In this document: positions 49,436-58,853 of the stretch, piece after piece | Position numbering within the stretch: position 1 is the first letter of the stretch | How the letters are laid out: each line of letters begins with the position of its first letter | Assembly: GCA_904396155.1 (NCBI GenBank) | Contig: CAJFOI010000004.1 | Span: forward strand, 6,485 to 70,484 | Source of the DNA: Candidatus Avispirillum faecium | GTDB lineage: Bacteria > Bacillota > Clostridia > Oscillospirales > CAG-272 | Direction of reading: 5' to 3' | DNA: 64,000 nucleotides | Made by a program: the position numbers and the translations under genes | The notes under the pieces: model-generated | Told to the model about the DNA's origin: nothing | Databases searched by the model: none | What the model saw: the letters and a program-made list of their open reading frames with translations, nothing else

Positions 49436-49523
49436 ACTTAGGACGGAAAATACTGCTGTGCAGAGAGGACGCAGCAGACTGGGCGGAGAATGAAAAAACC
49501 TGATAAAAAGGGGACTCTTGCAT

Positions 49524-50126
49524 ATGTCTAAGATAACGTGGAAAGGCGGCACGCTGCTGGGCCCTCTGCCTCCGGTGCTGGTCACCTGCGGCACCATGGA
49601 ACAAGCAAATATCATCACCATCGCCTGGACGGGCATCTGCAATACGGTCCCGCCCAAAACATACATATCCGTGCGGCCGCAGCGCCATTCCTATCAAATC
49701 ATTCGGGACAGCGGGGAGTTTGTCATTCACCTGACGCCCGCCTCCCTGATCCGCGCCGCAGACTGGTGCGGCATCCATACCGGCCGCAAGGCGGATAAAT
49801 TTGCAAAATGGAATCTTACAAAAGAGCCCGCTTCCGTCGTCGCGCCGCCGCTGATCGCCCAGTGCCCGCTGGCGCTGGAATGCAAAGTAGACAGAATCCT
49901 CCCTCTGGGAAGCCACGATATGTTTCTCTCGGACATCGTGGCCATAGACGTGGAAGATTCGCTGATCGACGCCGCCGGGAAACTGCATCTGGAACGGGCG
50001 CAGCTCGCTGCGTTTCTCCACGGCGCATACTATACGCTGGGCAGCCAGATTGCGGCTTTCGGATTTTCCGTACGCAAAAAACGCAAAAAGCGGCGCAATC
50101 GTGCCGGAAGTGCCGCCCAAAGGTGA
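49524..50126 (+). CDS. Flavin reductase family protein (flavoredoxin-like)
   Basis: PLPPVLVTC, NIITIAW, ISVRP.RHSY, CPLALEC, LGSHDMF. Confidence 0.9.
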   Translation: MSKITWKGGTLLGPLPPVLVTCGTMEQANIITIAWTGICNTVPPKTYISVRPQRHSYQIIRDSGEFVIHLTPASLIRAADWCGIHTGRKADKFAKWNLTKEPASVVAPPLIAQCPLALECKVDRILPLGSHDMFLSDIVAIDVEDSLIDAAGKLHLERAQLAAFLHGAYYTLGSQIAAFGFSVRKKRKKRRNRAGSAAQR

Positions 50127-50196
50127 CACATCTTTTGCAAAAACTGCGAATATACTGAAACGGCCGCCGGAATTTCCGGCGGCAGAATGCGAGGAT

Positions 50197-50973
50197 ATGC
50201 ACGATATGCTCTGCCCAAAATGCGGATATACCTATGCAGACACCCTGCCCTCCTGCCCCCGTTGCGGACATTCGAGAGGGACACACACTTTGCGCACCCC
50301 GCTTTTGCTCTGCTGCATATGCATCCTGATGACCGCCGTCGTGCTGCTTTTTTTGTGCGACGGACATTTTGCGCCCTTCTGGATATGCTTTTCCGCCGCC
50401 GGATGGATCTTCTGGAGCGGCAAAACATCGCAGAGACGGCGAAAATCCGGGCTCCGGCTTGGCTCCGCCGCACTGAAAGTCCTGCAGATCTTCCTGTTGA
50501 TTCTGGCTGCGCTGGCCGCACTGCTGGCAGTGCTCATCTTTGCCGCAGGATGCTTCACAGGCGACACATGGCTGGCATATCTGGCGGGCGTTGCCACGGA
50601 ATACGGCGCAAAAATGCTTCCCGCTGCTGTGCTGGGACGTTTTCTGGGCACCGCCGTCTCCTACGGAGGAATGGTGGCCGTAGGATCTGTTGCCATCGCA
50701 CTGGCGGCTGTCTCTGCTGCGGCTTTTCTCACGGCACGTCTTTTGATTCCCATACGCCGTTACGTATATCACCTTCTATACTCTGCAAGTGCAGAAAATC
50801 CTGTGCCCCGTCGCACCTTTCATGCAGACGCAAGTCTTACAATCTTTGGCGCAATTTACGGGCTCTACGGAATTCTCTGCCTAAGCCAGGATAACAGCTT
50901 GGGCTTTCTCGCTTCAGTCTGTGCGGCAGGGGCACTGCTTCTGCTGGCATGGACAGTCCGAAAAGTCGGCTAA
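50197..50973 (+). CDS. Hypothetical membrane protein with N-terminal zinc ribbon
   Basis: CPKC..CPRC followed by multiple hydrophobic helices; GAGG RBS. Confidence 0.6.
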   Translation: MHDMLCPKCGYTYADTLPSCPRCGHSRGTHTLRTPLLLCCICILMTAVVLLFLCDGHFAPFWICFSAAGWIFWSGKTSQRRRKSGLRLGSAALKVLQIFLLILAALAALLAVLIFAAGCFTGDTWLAYLAGVATEYGAKMLPAAVLGRFLGTAVSYGGMVAVGSVAIALAAVSAAAFLTARLLIPIRRYVYHLLYSASAENPVPRRTFHADASLTIFGAIYGLYGILCLSQDNSLGFLASVCAAGALLLLAWTVRKVG

Positions 50974-51023
50974 AATTTACACCCGAAAGAAAAATCCCCC
51001 GCATCGGGGGATCAAGAAACCCG

Positions 51024-51563
51024 CTATTTCAGCCCGCGGATCTTCAATCGTTTGCGAAGACGCAGGACATATACGGAAATAAACGAAGTCAGCGCAATAT
51101 CATAAACGACAAAAAACACATTTCCCGCTCCATAGATCAGGATCCACGAAGCAGAGACAAAATCCTGCAAGTGGAGCACAAACATAGCCAGCAACACGCA
51201 TATTGTCAGCGCGCAGTTAAAATAAATCAGCTTCAAGATCCAGGAAAAAATTCTTCCAAAGCGCTCCAAAAAAGATTTGAGAATGGGATACAGTCCGCCC
51301 AATACGATATATTCCAGCGCCACAAATTTGTCTGGAAGCAGCAAAACAGCCAGCACGCCTGTCACTGCACCTGTGAGCCAGGGGTAAACTCCCCCGATCT
51401 CCAACACGACAAAGGCAGTGCACAGCGCCCCTACAACCACGGCACACAAATCAAATATCCCGCTGAGGGAACCCAGATACAGAACCGCCAGGCTCAGCCC
51501 TGCAAGAATGGCACACAGAGCCAGCCGCTTCGTCTGTTTGAATCCGGAAGAAGGGTGTTCCAT
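51024..51563 (-). CDS. Hypothetical multi-pass membrane protein
   Basis: About 180 aa, 5-6 hydrophobic helices, basic C-terminus; GGGAGG RBS. Confidence 0.75.
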   Translation of the reverse strand: MEHPSSGFKQTKRLALCAILAGLSLAVLYLGSLSGIFDLCAVVVGALCTAFVVLEIGGVYPWLTGAVTGVLAVLLLPDKFVALEYIVLGGLYPILKSFLERFGRIFSWILKLIYFNCALTICVLLAMFVLHLQDFVSASWILIYGAGNVFFVVYDIALTSFISVYVLRLRKRLKIRGLK

Positions 51564-51580
51564 AACCGTCGTCCTCCCGT

Positions 51581-52198
51581 TTAGCAGCAGCGAATGCAGT
51601 CGCCGCCCATACATTCACAGCAGGAATCCATACACCAGAGGGTACCGCAGATTGAGCAGAGGTCCGCGTCCCCGGTATTTCTGGTGTTGTACGTACCGCC
51701 GAATCCGCCGGCACGATTGGACATCTGTGCCCGAACATTGTGATATTCCGTATTGTTGGGGTCCATATAGCAAGCTGTCTCAATAAAACGCTGGGCATCA
51801 TAGAAGTGTCCCCGCTGCGCCAGCACACAACCTTTCAAAAAATTCCACTCCGCATTGCGGTCCGCCACAGACATGGAATCCAGCCGCATTTCCGCCTCAG
51901 AATAGCGGCGCTGATTGATCAAATTCCGAATTTCAGCATACCGGCTGTCGGTAGTCGTGCCGCCGCCGAAGCCCGCGCCGCCATACGTGGAGGATCCGCC
52001 GCCCTTTCCGGAACGCTGCGCCTGAATCTGGTCATACGCCTCGTTGACTTCCTTCATCTTTTCCTCGGCCAGCTCCGAAAGATTCGTGTCTGTGTAATTG
52101 TCCGGATGGTATTTGCGGGCAAGCTCCCTGTACGCCTTTTTGATTTCGTCGTCTGTGGCATTGGGGGAAACGCCAAGCACCTTATAGGGATCTGTCAT
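51581..52198 (-). CDS. J-domain protein with TPR-like segment and Cys-rich tail
   Basis: [16 protein letters not shown]; tail [25 protein letters not shown]. Confidence 0.9.
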   Translation of the reverse strand: MTDPYKVLGVSPNATDDEIKKAYRELARKYHPDNYTDTNLSELAEEKMKEVNEAYDQIQAQRSGKGGGSSTYGGAGFGGGTTTDSRYAEIRNLINQRRYSEAEMRLDSMSVADRNAEWNFLKGCVLAQRGHFYDAQRFIETACYMDPNNTEYHNVRAQMSNRAGGFGGTYNTRNTGDADLCSICGTLWCMDSCCECMGGDCIRCC

Positions 52199-53058
52199 GT
52201 AAGAGAACCATGCCTTTCCTGTTTTTTACTTTTCCCCTGGAAAACCCGGTCGGCTTCCATGGGCATACCTTTATATAAAATGTTTTCAATAATTCCAAAA
52301 AGCTCGCTGCGCCCAGTAAAATCCATCAGATTTACCGCGGCCTCCAATTTTTCCAAATCCAGCCGCACCGCCACGGATAAAGCGCCCGCATCGATAGGCG
52401 CAATGTTCAGCGGGTTGTAATTGCCGCTTTTTTCATCCTGTTCCCGGTCGTCTGCCGCATCCAGAACATAAATGAACCGTCCGGTGGTAAATCCGACCTG
52501 GGCGGCGATTTTTTCCGCAGAGCCGCTGAGTCCCCAGGAAAAAACAGAGGAAAGGAGTGCACCAAAACAGTCCGCCGTATCGTCGAGAGACGCACACCCG
52601 GCCGCCTCCAGTCCGTGCAGTTGCTCCAGAGACTTTTGCACAGCTCCCGCAGGTCCGTCTGTGCCGGGGAACCCCTTTTTGCACATGCGCCTTGCCGCAG
52701 GGCGGAGCATACGGGACCCCAGTGCCATACCCTTCGCGTCCTGTATGTCGTCCTCAATCTTCGCCTCTGTGAGCAGTGCGGCGGCACGGGCACAATACGT
52801 CAGGGCGCTGTTGTCCCGCAGAACGGCGCGCTTCTTTATGGGATGCGCACCGCAGCGGCACGGGCGGGCGCTGTATACGACCTCTTCCAGCACCATACGA
52901 ACGGCGGCAAGAAAGACAAAATCGTAACTGAGCGCAAGCCGGGAAGCACAGCCCGTATGTCTTCCCATGGACTGGCAGAGTCCGCAGTAGATCGCACGAT
53001 ACAGCTCATGCTCCCGAACCCGCAGGTCCGGCACATAGGGACGAATATACCCAAACAT
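52195..53058 (-). CDS. DUF5685 family protein
   Basis: [33 protein letters not shown]; AAGGAG RBS; ATGA overlap with the J-domain gene. Confidence 0.8.
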   Translation of the reverse strand: MFGYIRPYVPDLRVREHELYRAIYCGLCQSMGRHTGCASRLALSYDFVFLAAVRMVLEEVVYSARPCRCGAHPIKKRAVLRDNSALTYCARAAALLTEAKIEDDIQDAKGMALGSRMLRPAARRMCKKGFPGTDGPAGAVQKSLEQLHGLEAAGCASLDDTADCFGALLSSVFSWGLSGSAEKIAAQVGFTTGRFIYVLDAADDREQDEKSGNYNPLNIAPIDAGALSVAVRLDLEKLEAAVNLMDFTGRSELFGIIENILYKGMPMEADRVFQGKSKKQERHGSLT

Positions 53059-53139
53059 CAGCCGCTCCTTTCTGCCTATTGGAATTATCATACCACAGTT
53101 TGGGAAAAAAACAATAAATAATCTGTGAATATTATATTT

Positions 53140-53181
53140 GTACAAAAACAAAGAGGGGGTGTCCCCTCTTTGTTTTTGTAC
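53140..53181 (-). terminator. Intrinsic terminator after the SPOCS gene
   Basis: 19-bp perfect stem GTACAAAAACAAAGAGGGG / CCCCTCTTTGTTTTTGTAC. Confidence 0.8.
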
Positions 53182-53189
53182 GCAAAATC

Positions 53190-54731
53190 TCACTTGATGA
53201 TCAGCGGCCTTCCGTCGCACAGAGCATCTCGCTGGATTTTGTTGATCCGTTCCACCTCTGCTCCGTCGGCGCCGCAGCGCTTGGCGATCTCCCATACCCG
53301 CTGTCCAGCCTCCGGGAAGCAGATACGAATACAAGAATCCTCCGCATCGTGCTTTGCATATTTGTCTATAATGGCTTCCGTCACAGGGCTGTGCTGGGTT
53401 TTCTTTGCCGCATTTGCCGCAATGGACAGTTCAACCGAAGCATGAATACGATCTCCTTCCAGTCTGCCGGACGCGTCGGAAACACTGCAGACTGCCTGCC
53501 ATACAATATCCTGCGGTGCCACATCCTCCTGCGCGCGCTGTTCATATTTTATTGGAATCACAAACTCCTCGCTCACCACGTCCCCATCCGAGGCGATCAG
53601 CGCCTTGATATTGCAGTTCCCGCAAAACAGAAGCTTGTGGTCCGCACACTCCACTTTTTCCACAACAGGCTGTGCACATATTTCGATCAAATAATCGTTT
53701 GCACCCGCTTTCGACTGACGCTGACCGCTGCCGTTGAGGCTCAGCGCACCGTTTGTACAACAGAGCAGGCTCAGCACATTGTAATCGCTGTGCTTTGCTT
53801 CCAGATCGTACTCCGTAGAGTAAATGTCCTGCGTAACCGGGACCTCTGCAGTCCTGGACCAAAGACCGTTCAGATCATATTCCGCTTCCGCGCGGATGAC
53901 GCCGGTCTCCTCGTCTGCCTGAATCGAAACGGAAGCCACCCGCCCCCATGCGGTGACAGCGTCCCTTTCTTTTGCACCTTCTGCGGGCATGACTTCCTCA
54001 AAGGGAATACAACCCCGCAAAACGGTATACAGGCCGTCCGGGGCCAGGGCCAGACAGTGGATGCAAATCTCCCCCTTTACATGGACCGCGTCCTTTTGTG
54101 CAGTGGCGTCTGTAACATTCACCGTACCGTCGCAGGAAATAGGCTTGGTACCCGCTCGCTCCCGCAGTTCTCCGGAAACGGAGCCCGTGGCAAAGGCGTA
54201 TCCTCGCTTTACCGTGTGGAGTGTCCCTGGCAATGTCTCCAATGTACCTTCGTCTTCTGTTCCAATCCGTTCCCCGTCTGTGTCTATAGCGCGGCAGGTA
54301 TATACGTTCGCTTCATCTCCCATGATGCGCGTGCGCAGACGGGTCTTCAAAGACACCGTGCGGGGAGCCAGCACCCGGCACTGGGGCGCTTCCGCTACCG
54401 TTTCCACATGAATGGCTGCGCCGCCTCCCTGGGGCTCGCTGGGCAGCTGGCTGTTGCCGCTGTATTCGCACGCATAAGGAACACACACAAGACCGCCGTC
54501 ATCCCCGATATACAGGATGGAAAAGGCGATGGTGCCTCCGAATTCCAGCAGATTGCCGGAGAGAAATTTAGAATCCGGCAGCGCTTTCGCACTGACGCTT
54601 ACCAGACGCCGGATTTCCGGATAATAATCCGGCATCGTATATTCTCCGCCGCCCTCTCCGGTGACGGGCAGATCATATTGAGAGGAATATAGGATCGCCT
54701 CCTCTTTTTTCAAAAGTCCCGGTTTGTCCAT
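53190..54731 (-). CDS. SPOCS (DUF3794) repeat + LysM-like protein (SipL-like spore coat morphogen)
   Basis: PDYYPEIRRL, repeated beta units, C-terminal GQRVWEIAKR..IN LysM-like segment. Confidence 0.75.
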   Translation of the reverse strand: MDKPGLLKKEEAILYSSQYDLPVTGEGGGEYTMPDYYPEIRRLVSVSAKALPDSKFLSGNLLEFGGTIAFSILYIGDDGGLVCVPYACEYSGNSQLPSEPQGGGAAIHVETVAEAPQCRVLAPRTVSLKTRLRTRIMGDEANVYTCRAIDTDGERIGTEDEGTLETLPGTLHTVKRGYAFATGSVSGELRERAGTKPISCDGTVNVTDATAQKDAVHVKGEICIHCLALAPDGLYTVLRGCIPFEEVMPAEGAKERDAVTAWGRVASVSIQADEETGVIRAEAEYDLNGLWSRTAEVPVTQDIYSTEYDLEAKHSDYNVLSLLCCTNGALSLNGSGQRQSKAGANDYLIEICAQPVVEKVECADHKLLFCGNCNIKALIASDGDVVSEEFVIPIKYEQRAQEDVAPQDIVWQAVCSVSDASGRLEGDRIHASVELSIAANAAKKTQHSPVTEAIIDKYAKHDAEDSCIRICFPEAGQRVWEIAKRCGADGAEVERINKIQRDALCDGRPLIIK

Positions 54732-54876
54732 GTAAAATACCTCCGATCAAATTCTTCAGAAAATATATATGCGGACAGCATCGCGCCCATGACAGATCCT
54801 GCAAACTTCTTCTCCGAATTGGGCAAGCCGACAGCGGAAAAAATGCTGCAGCCCCGGTTTATGTCGGATTTGCATA

Positions 54877-54905
54877 TTGACTTTATACCGGGGGCGCCAT
54901 ATAAT
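54877..54905 (+). promoter_or_regulatory. Sigma-A promoter of aspartokinase
   Basis: TTGACT, 17 bp, TATAAT. Confidence 0.7.
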
Positions 54906-54936
54906 ACTATTGTTACTTTACAGAATACGGAGTTTG

Positions 54937-56271
54937 ATGGATATGGACAAAGGTCCGGTAAAAATCGTAAAATTCGGCGGTTCCTCTCTCGCAGATGCCG
55001 CGCATTTTCGACAGGTACAGAAGATTATCGCGGCGGACCCTGCACGCCGATATGCAGTTCCGTCTGCACCTGGCAAGCGGTTCGACGGCGACATAAAAGT
55101 CACCGATATGTTGTATCATTGCTACCACCTGGCATCCGAGGGAGAGGACTTTACAGACGCCTTTGCCAAAATCGAGGAGCGCTATGCAGAGATTATTCGG
55201 GGGCTCGGCCTGGAGTTGGATCTCTCGGAGGAGTTTGCCGTTATCCAAAATGCCTTCCGCTATCACGCCGGAAGCGACTACGCCGCCTCCCGGGGAGAGT
55301 ATCTGAATGGCCTGATCCTGGCAAAGCTCATTGGATACGACTTTCTGGACGCGGCAAAGGTGATCAAGTTTTACGACGACGGAACCTTTGACGCCGAAAA
55401 AACCAACATCATCCTGTCTGACCGGCTCACCCGCCATGAGCGGGCAGTGATCCCCGGCTTTTACGGTTCTATGCCCAACGGCACCATCAAAACCTTCGCC
55501 AGGGGCGGCAGCGATATCACCGGTTCCATTGTGGCGAGAGCCGCAGGCGCCGACCTGTATGAAAACTGGACCGATGTGTCCGGCTTTTTGATGGCAGACC
55601 CCAGAATCGTGAAGGATCCCTGCGTCATCGACGTAATTACATATCAGGAATTGCGGGAGTTGTCCTACATGGGAGCAGGCGTGCTCCACGAGGACGCCAT
55701 CTTCCCAGTGCGCATCGCGGAGATCCCCATCAATATCCGCAACACCAACCAGCCTGCAGATCCGGGTACCATGATCGTTCCCAGTGCACCGGAATACGAC
55801 CGGGATCGGGTAATTACAGGTGTCGCGGGCAAAAAAGGCTTTTCCGTGCTCCAAATCGAAAAGGACCAGATGAATTCGGAGATCGGCTTCGGCAGGCGCG
55901 TCTTGGAGGTTATCGAAAAGCAGGGAGCGACCTTTGAACACCTTCCCTCCGGAATCGATACCATGGGCGTAATCCTGTCCTCCGACATGAGCGAGCACAC
56001 CCGAAAGAATATTTTGGACGGCATCTGCGAGGCCTGCGAACCGGAAGCCATCTCCTTCGAGGACGGCATCGCCCTGATCGCCGTGGTGGGCAGGGGCATG
56101 GTTCGGGCGAAGGGAACGGCAGCGCGTGTATTTCGTGCCATTGCCCAGGCGGACATCAACATCCGCATGATCGACCAGGGCTCCAGCGAAATCAGCATTA
56201 TCATCGGTGTAAATGAAACAGATTTTGAAAAGGCGCTGCGTGCAATCTATGCCGAATTTGTACCTCAGTAA
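54937..56271 (+). CDS. Aspartate kinase
   Basis: KFGGSSLA, SAPGK, RGGSD, WTDVSG, two ACT domains. Confidence 0.95.
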   Translation: MDMDKGPVKIVKFGGSSLADAAHFRQVQKIIAADPARRYAVPSAPGKRFDGDIKVTDMLYHCYHLASEGEDFTDAFAKIEERYAEIIRGLGLELDLSEEFAVIQNAFRYHAGSDYAASRGEYLNGLILAKLIGYDFLDAAKVIKFYDDGTFDAEKTNIILSDRLTRHERAVIPGFYGSMPNGTIKTFARGGSDITGSIVARAAGADLYENWTDVSGFLMADPRIVKDPCVIDVITYQELRELSYMGAGVLHEDAIFPVRIAEIPINIRNTNQPADPGTMIVPSAPEYDRDRVITGVAGKKGFSVLQIEKDQMNSEIGFGRRVLEVIEKQGATFEHLPSGIDTMGVILSSDMSEHTRKNILDGICEACEPEAISFEDGIALIAVVGRGMVRAKGTAARVFRAIAQADINIRMIDQGSSEISIIIGVNETDFEKALRAIYAEFVPQ

Positions 56272-56272
56272 A

Positions 56273-56308
56273 ATCCGCCCCATGAAAGTGATCTTTCATG
56301 GGGCGGAT
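56273..56308. terminator. Hairpin between the convergent aspartokinase and HIT genes
   Basis: 16-bp perfect stem ATCCGCCCCATGAAAG / CTTTCATGGGGCGGAT. Confidence 0.7.
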
Positions 56309-56369
56309 CCCAATAAAAAGCATTTTTGTAAAGAAGCAACACGCCACACGGCGCACAGAACGATGTAAA

Positions 56370-56711
56370 TCAGCCCAGCTGCACAGACAGCTTTTTTCCG
56401 CCCAGCAGGTGGAAATGCAGATGCTGCACCGTCTGATCCGCATCCGGACCGCAGTTCGCGATCACACGATACCCGCCGGTAAGTCCCGCATCCTTTGCAA
56501 TGACGGGAATCTTTTCAAAGATTCTCGCCACATATTTGCTGTTTTCCGGCGTGATCTCATCCATGGAGGATGCGGTATGCACTTTCGGAATAATCAGAAT
56601 ATGTACCGGCGCCATGGGGTTGATGTCACAAAAAGCAAAAATCAAATCGTCCTCATATACCTTCTTGGACGGGATCTCTCCGTCTACAATTTTGCAAAAC
56701 AAGCACTCCAT
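56370..56711 (-). CDS. Histidine triad (HIT) nucleotide-binding protein
   Basis: CLFCKI, HILIIPK, HLHFHLLGG. Confidence 0.95.
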   Translation of the reverse strand: MECLFCKIVDGEIPSKKVYEDDLIFAFCDINPMAPVHILIIPKVHTASSMDEITPENSKYVARIFEKIPVIAKDAGLTGGYRVIANCGPDADQTVQHLHFHLLGGKKLSVQLG

Positions 56712-56757
56712 AATTTTACCTCCGTTTTTGTCTCAGTATAACACGCAGGAGGAGAAA

Positions 56758-57876
56758 ATGCAAGCAAACGGTAAAAGAATGCAGCGCACCTACACGAAGG
56801 ACGACTGCCTCTGGCAGCAGCTGGCCGCAGAACGACGCCCGATTTTTTTGTATGGTACCGGCAACGGAGCAGACAAAATTTTAGACACTTGTATAAAATT
56901 TGCCATTCCCATAGCGGGTGTTTTTGCCAGCGACGGATTTGTACGCAGCAGAAGCTTTCGCGGGATGCCTGTGCAGTCACTGCGTGAGATTGAAAGCCAG
57001 TTTGGAGACGATTTTATCGTGCTCCTGGCCTTTGGCACGGCACTGCCCCATGTGCGGGAGCAAATCCAAAAAGTCGCGCAGCGCCATACCCTTCGCATTC
57101 CGGAAGTTCCCCTGTTTGGCGGGGCGCTTTTTGACTTTGCCTATTATACGGCCCACCTTTCGCAGCTGGATGAAGCATCGGGGCTTTTTTTTGATGATTT
57201 TTCCCAGTCGCTGTTTCAGGATATGATCGCCTTTCGCCTCACAGGCGATCCCATTTATCTGGCAAAAACGGAAGATTCGGCAGACAGTCTCACATCGCTG
57301 CTGAGCGAGCGGAGGATCCGCACCGTACTGGACTGCGGGGCGTATACAGGAGACAGTGCAAGCGTCTTTGTCTCCACGCTGCATCCGGAACAGATCTTAG
57401 CGGCAGAACCGGATCCAAGGGCATATGAAAAGCTGTGTCAATATGCCGCAAAGGAGACGCAGTGCCGCATTCGCCCCATCCACACAGCAGTGGGCGAGAA
57501 AACCGGAACCATGGACTTTCTCTCCTGCGGAAGCCGCGCCAGCAGCGCCGGAGAAAATGCAGGCAGGCGGACAAAGCGCAGATTCCAAAGCCGGACTGTT
57601 CCCTGTTCTACCATCGACGCCCTGCTCTCTCAGGAAAGGAACGCGGACCTGATCAAGCTGGATGTGGAGGGAGGAGAAATGCAGGCAATCCGCGGCGCAG
57701 CAGACACGATCTGCACACTGCATCCCGCGCTGATCGTCTCGCTCTACCACCGCACAGAGGATTTGTTTGTCCTTCCAAACTTGCTGAAAAAACTGTACCC
57801 CGGTGCAAAATTTTATTTGCGCCGCCCTCCCTGTATTCCCGCGTGGGATCTGACACTATATGTGCTGCCCGCATGA
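56758..57876 (+). CDS. FkbM family methyltransferase
   Basis: LYGTGNGA, DCGAYTGD, IKLDVEGGE, SLYH; start at 56758 or 56779. Confidence 0.88.
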   Translation: MQANGKRMQRTYTKDDCLWQQLAAERRPIFLYGTGNGADKILDTCIKFAIPIAGVFASDGFVRSRSFRGMPVQSLREIESQFGDDFIVLLAFGTALPHVREQIQKVAQRHTLRIPEVPLFGGALFDFAYYTAHLSQLDEASGLFFDDFSQSLFQDMIAFRLTGDPIYLAKTEDSADSLTSLLSERRIRTVLDCGAYTGDSASVFVSTLHPEQILAAEPDPRAYEKLCQYAAKETQCRIRPIHTAVGEKTGTMDFLSCGSRASSAGENAGRRTKRRFQSRTVPCSTIDALLSQERNADLIKLDVEGGEMQAIRGAADTICTLHPALIVSLYHRTEDLFVLPNLLKKLYPGAKFYLRRPPCIPAWDLTLYVLPA

Positions 57877-58058
57877 GCGGGCAAGCACCCCAAAACTACA
57901 GCTTCAATCCGCCCAGATTTTGGGCGGACTTCTAAAGAACAGCATTTATCCTACTTAATGCATAACTGTTATTGTACATTGGTCGTATTAATCCTACTTC
58001 TATTGATATAAACTATTTAATAATAGTTTCATATCTTTTTAGAATAGGAGTCATAGAC

Positions 58059-58241
58059 ATGCCCACAAATAAAATTCGCTTTACATTCAATCTAAATGAA
58101 GAAGTACTGCGAAAAATCAAATACCTCGCCGACGCCGACAACAGAAGTATCAGCAATATGCTGGAACATCTGTGCAAAGAGCGTATTCAGAATTATGAAA
58201 GAGAGAACGGTCCCATTCCCTTGAACAAATATGACTCGTAA
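58059..58241 (+). CDS. Ribbon-helix-helix (Arc/CopG-like) DNA-binding protein
   Basis: RFTFNL beta ribbon, KIKYLADADNRSISNMLE; AGGAG RBS. Confidence 0.8.
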   Translation: MPTNKIRFTFNLNEEVLRKIKYLADADNRSISNMLEHLCKERIQNYERENGPIPLNKYDS

Positions 58242-58258
58242 AATAATTTCAAAAACTA

Positions 58259-58314
58259 TTGACAAACCAGCTACTTTTTTGTAAAATTTATCTGTACTAT
58301 TACAGGCAGTACAG
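58259..58314 (+). promoter_or_regulatory. Sigma-A promoter and YtrA-type operator for the gntR-ABC operon
   Basis: TTGACA-17-TAAAAT (58259-58287); IR CTGTACT-N9-AGTACAG (58292-58314). Confidence 0.8.
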
Positions 58315-58409
58315 TAATGTGGATTTTATGCCTCAAGCCGCATTTGTAAAGTCTGCTTTTACACTGCCCTTTACAGAATGTGCAAAGGACGGGAAAGGAG
58401 TAGCGGTAA

Positions 58410-58787
58410 ATGTTCCAAATCGACGCAATGTCCAGAACGCCCGTATATGAGCAGATCATCTCCCAGGTGGAAAAATTCATCCTGGGAGGCGTTTTGCGCG
58501 CCGGCGACCAGCTTCCCTCCGTGCGCAGTCTTTCCATAGAACTGTCCGTAAACCCCAATACCATACAAAAGGCCTACGGCGAACTGGATATACGGGGCAT
58601 CATATCCACCGTCCCCGGCCGGGGCTGTTTTGTGACAGAGACGGCGCGAAATACATTGCGTGCGCGGAGCAGACAAAAGCTGTCACTTTTGGAAGAGATA
58701 GTGGCAGAACTCTGGGCTGCAGGTGTCACCCGGGAAGAATTAGAAGCCGCTGTAGACAGAGGGGTGAGAAAGGAAAACGCCCCATGA
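58410..58787 (+). CDS. GntR family regulator (YtrA subfamily)
   Basis: PVYEQI, LPSVRSL, VNPNTIQKAY, GRGCFV; 125 aa. Confidence 0.95.
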   Translation: MFQIDAMSRTPVYEQIISQVEKFILGGVLRAGDQLPSVRSLSIELSVNPNTIQKAYGELDIRGIISTVPGRGCFVTETARNTLRARSRQKLSLLEEIVAELWAAGVTREELEAAVDRGVRKENAP

Positions 58788-58853
58788 CACAGTACAAAGG
58801 TTACTGCTGCCGGCAGACTGCTTTTACCATTTGGGGAAAGGTATGGTAATCCT

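Noticed and set aside
54732-54936. Possible lysine riboswitch upstream of aspartokinase
   Set aside because: The promoter lies about 30 bp from the start codon, leaving no room for an aptamer.
54913-56283. 456-aa minus-strand ORF
   Set aside because: Mirror frame of the aspartokinase gene.
56500-56757. N-terminal extension of the FkbM ORF in the track, and similar extensions on purC, rsmB and DUF5685
   Set aside because: They overlap neighbouring real genes; downstream starts have better RBS support or match family N-termini.
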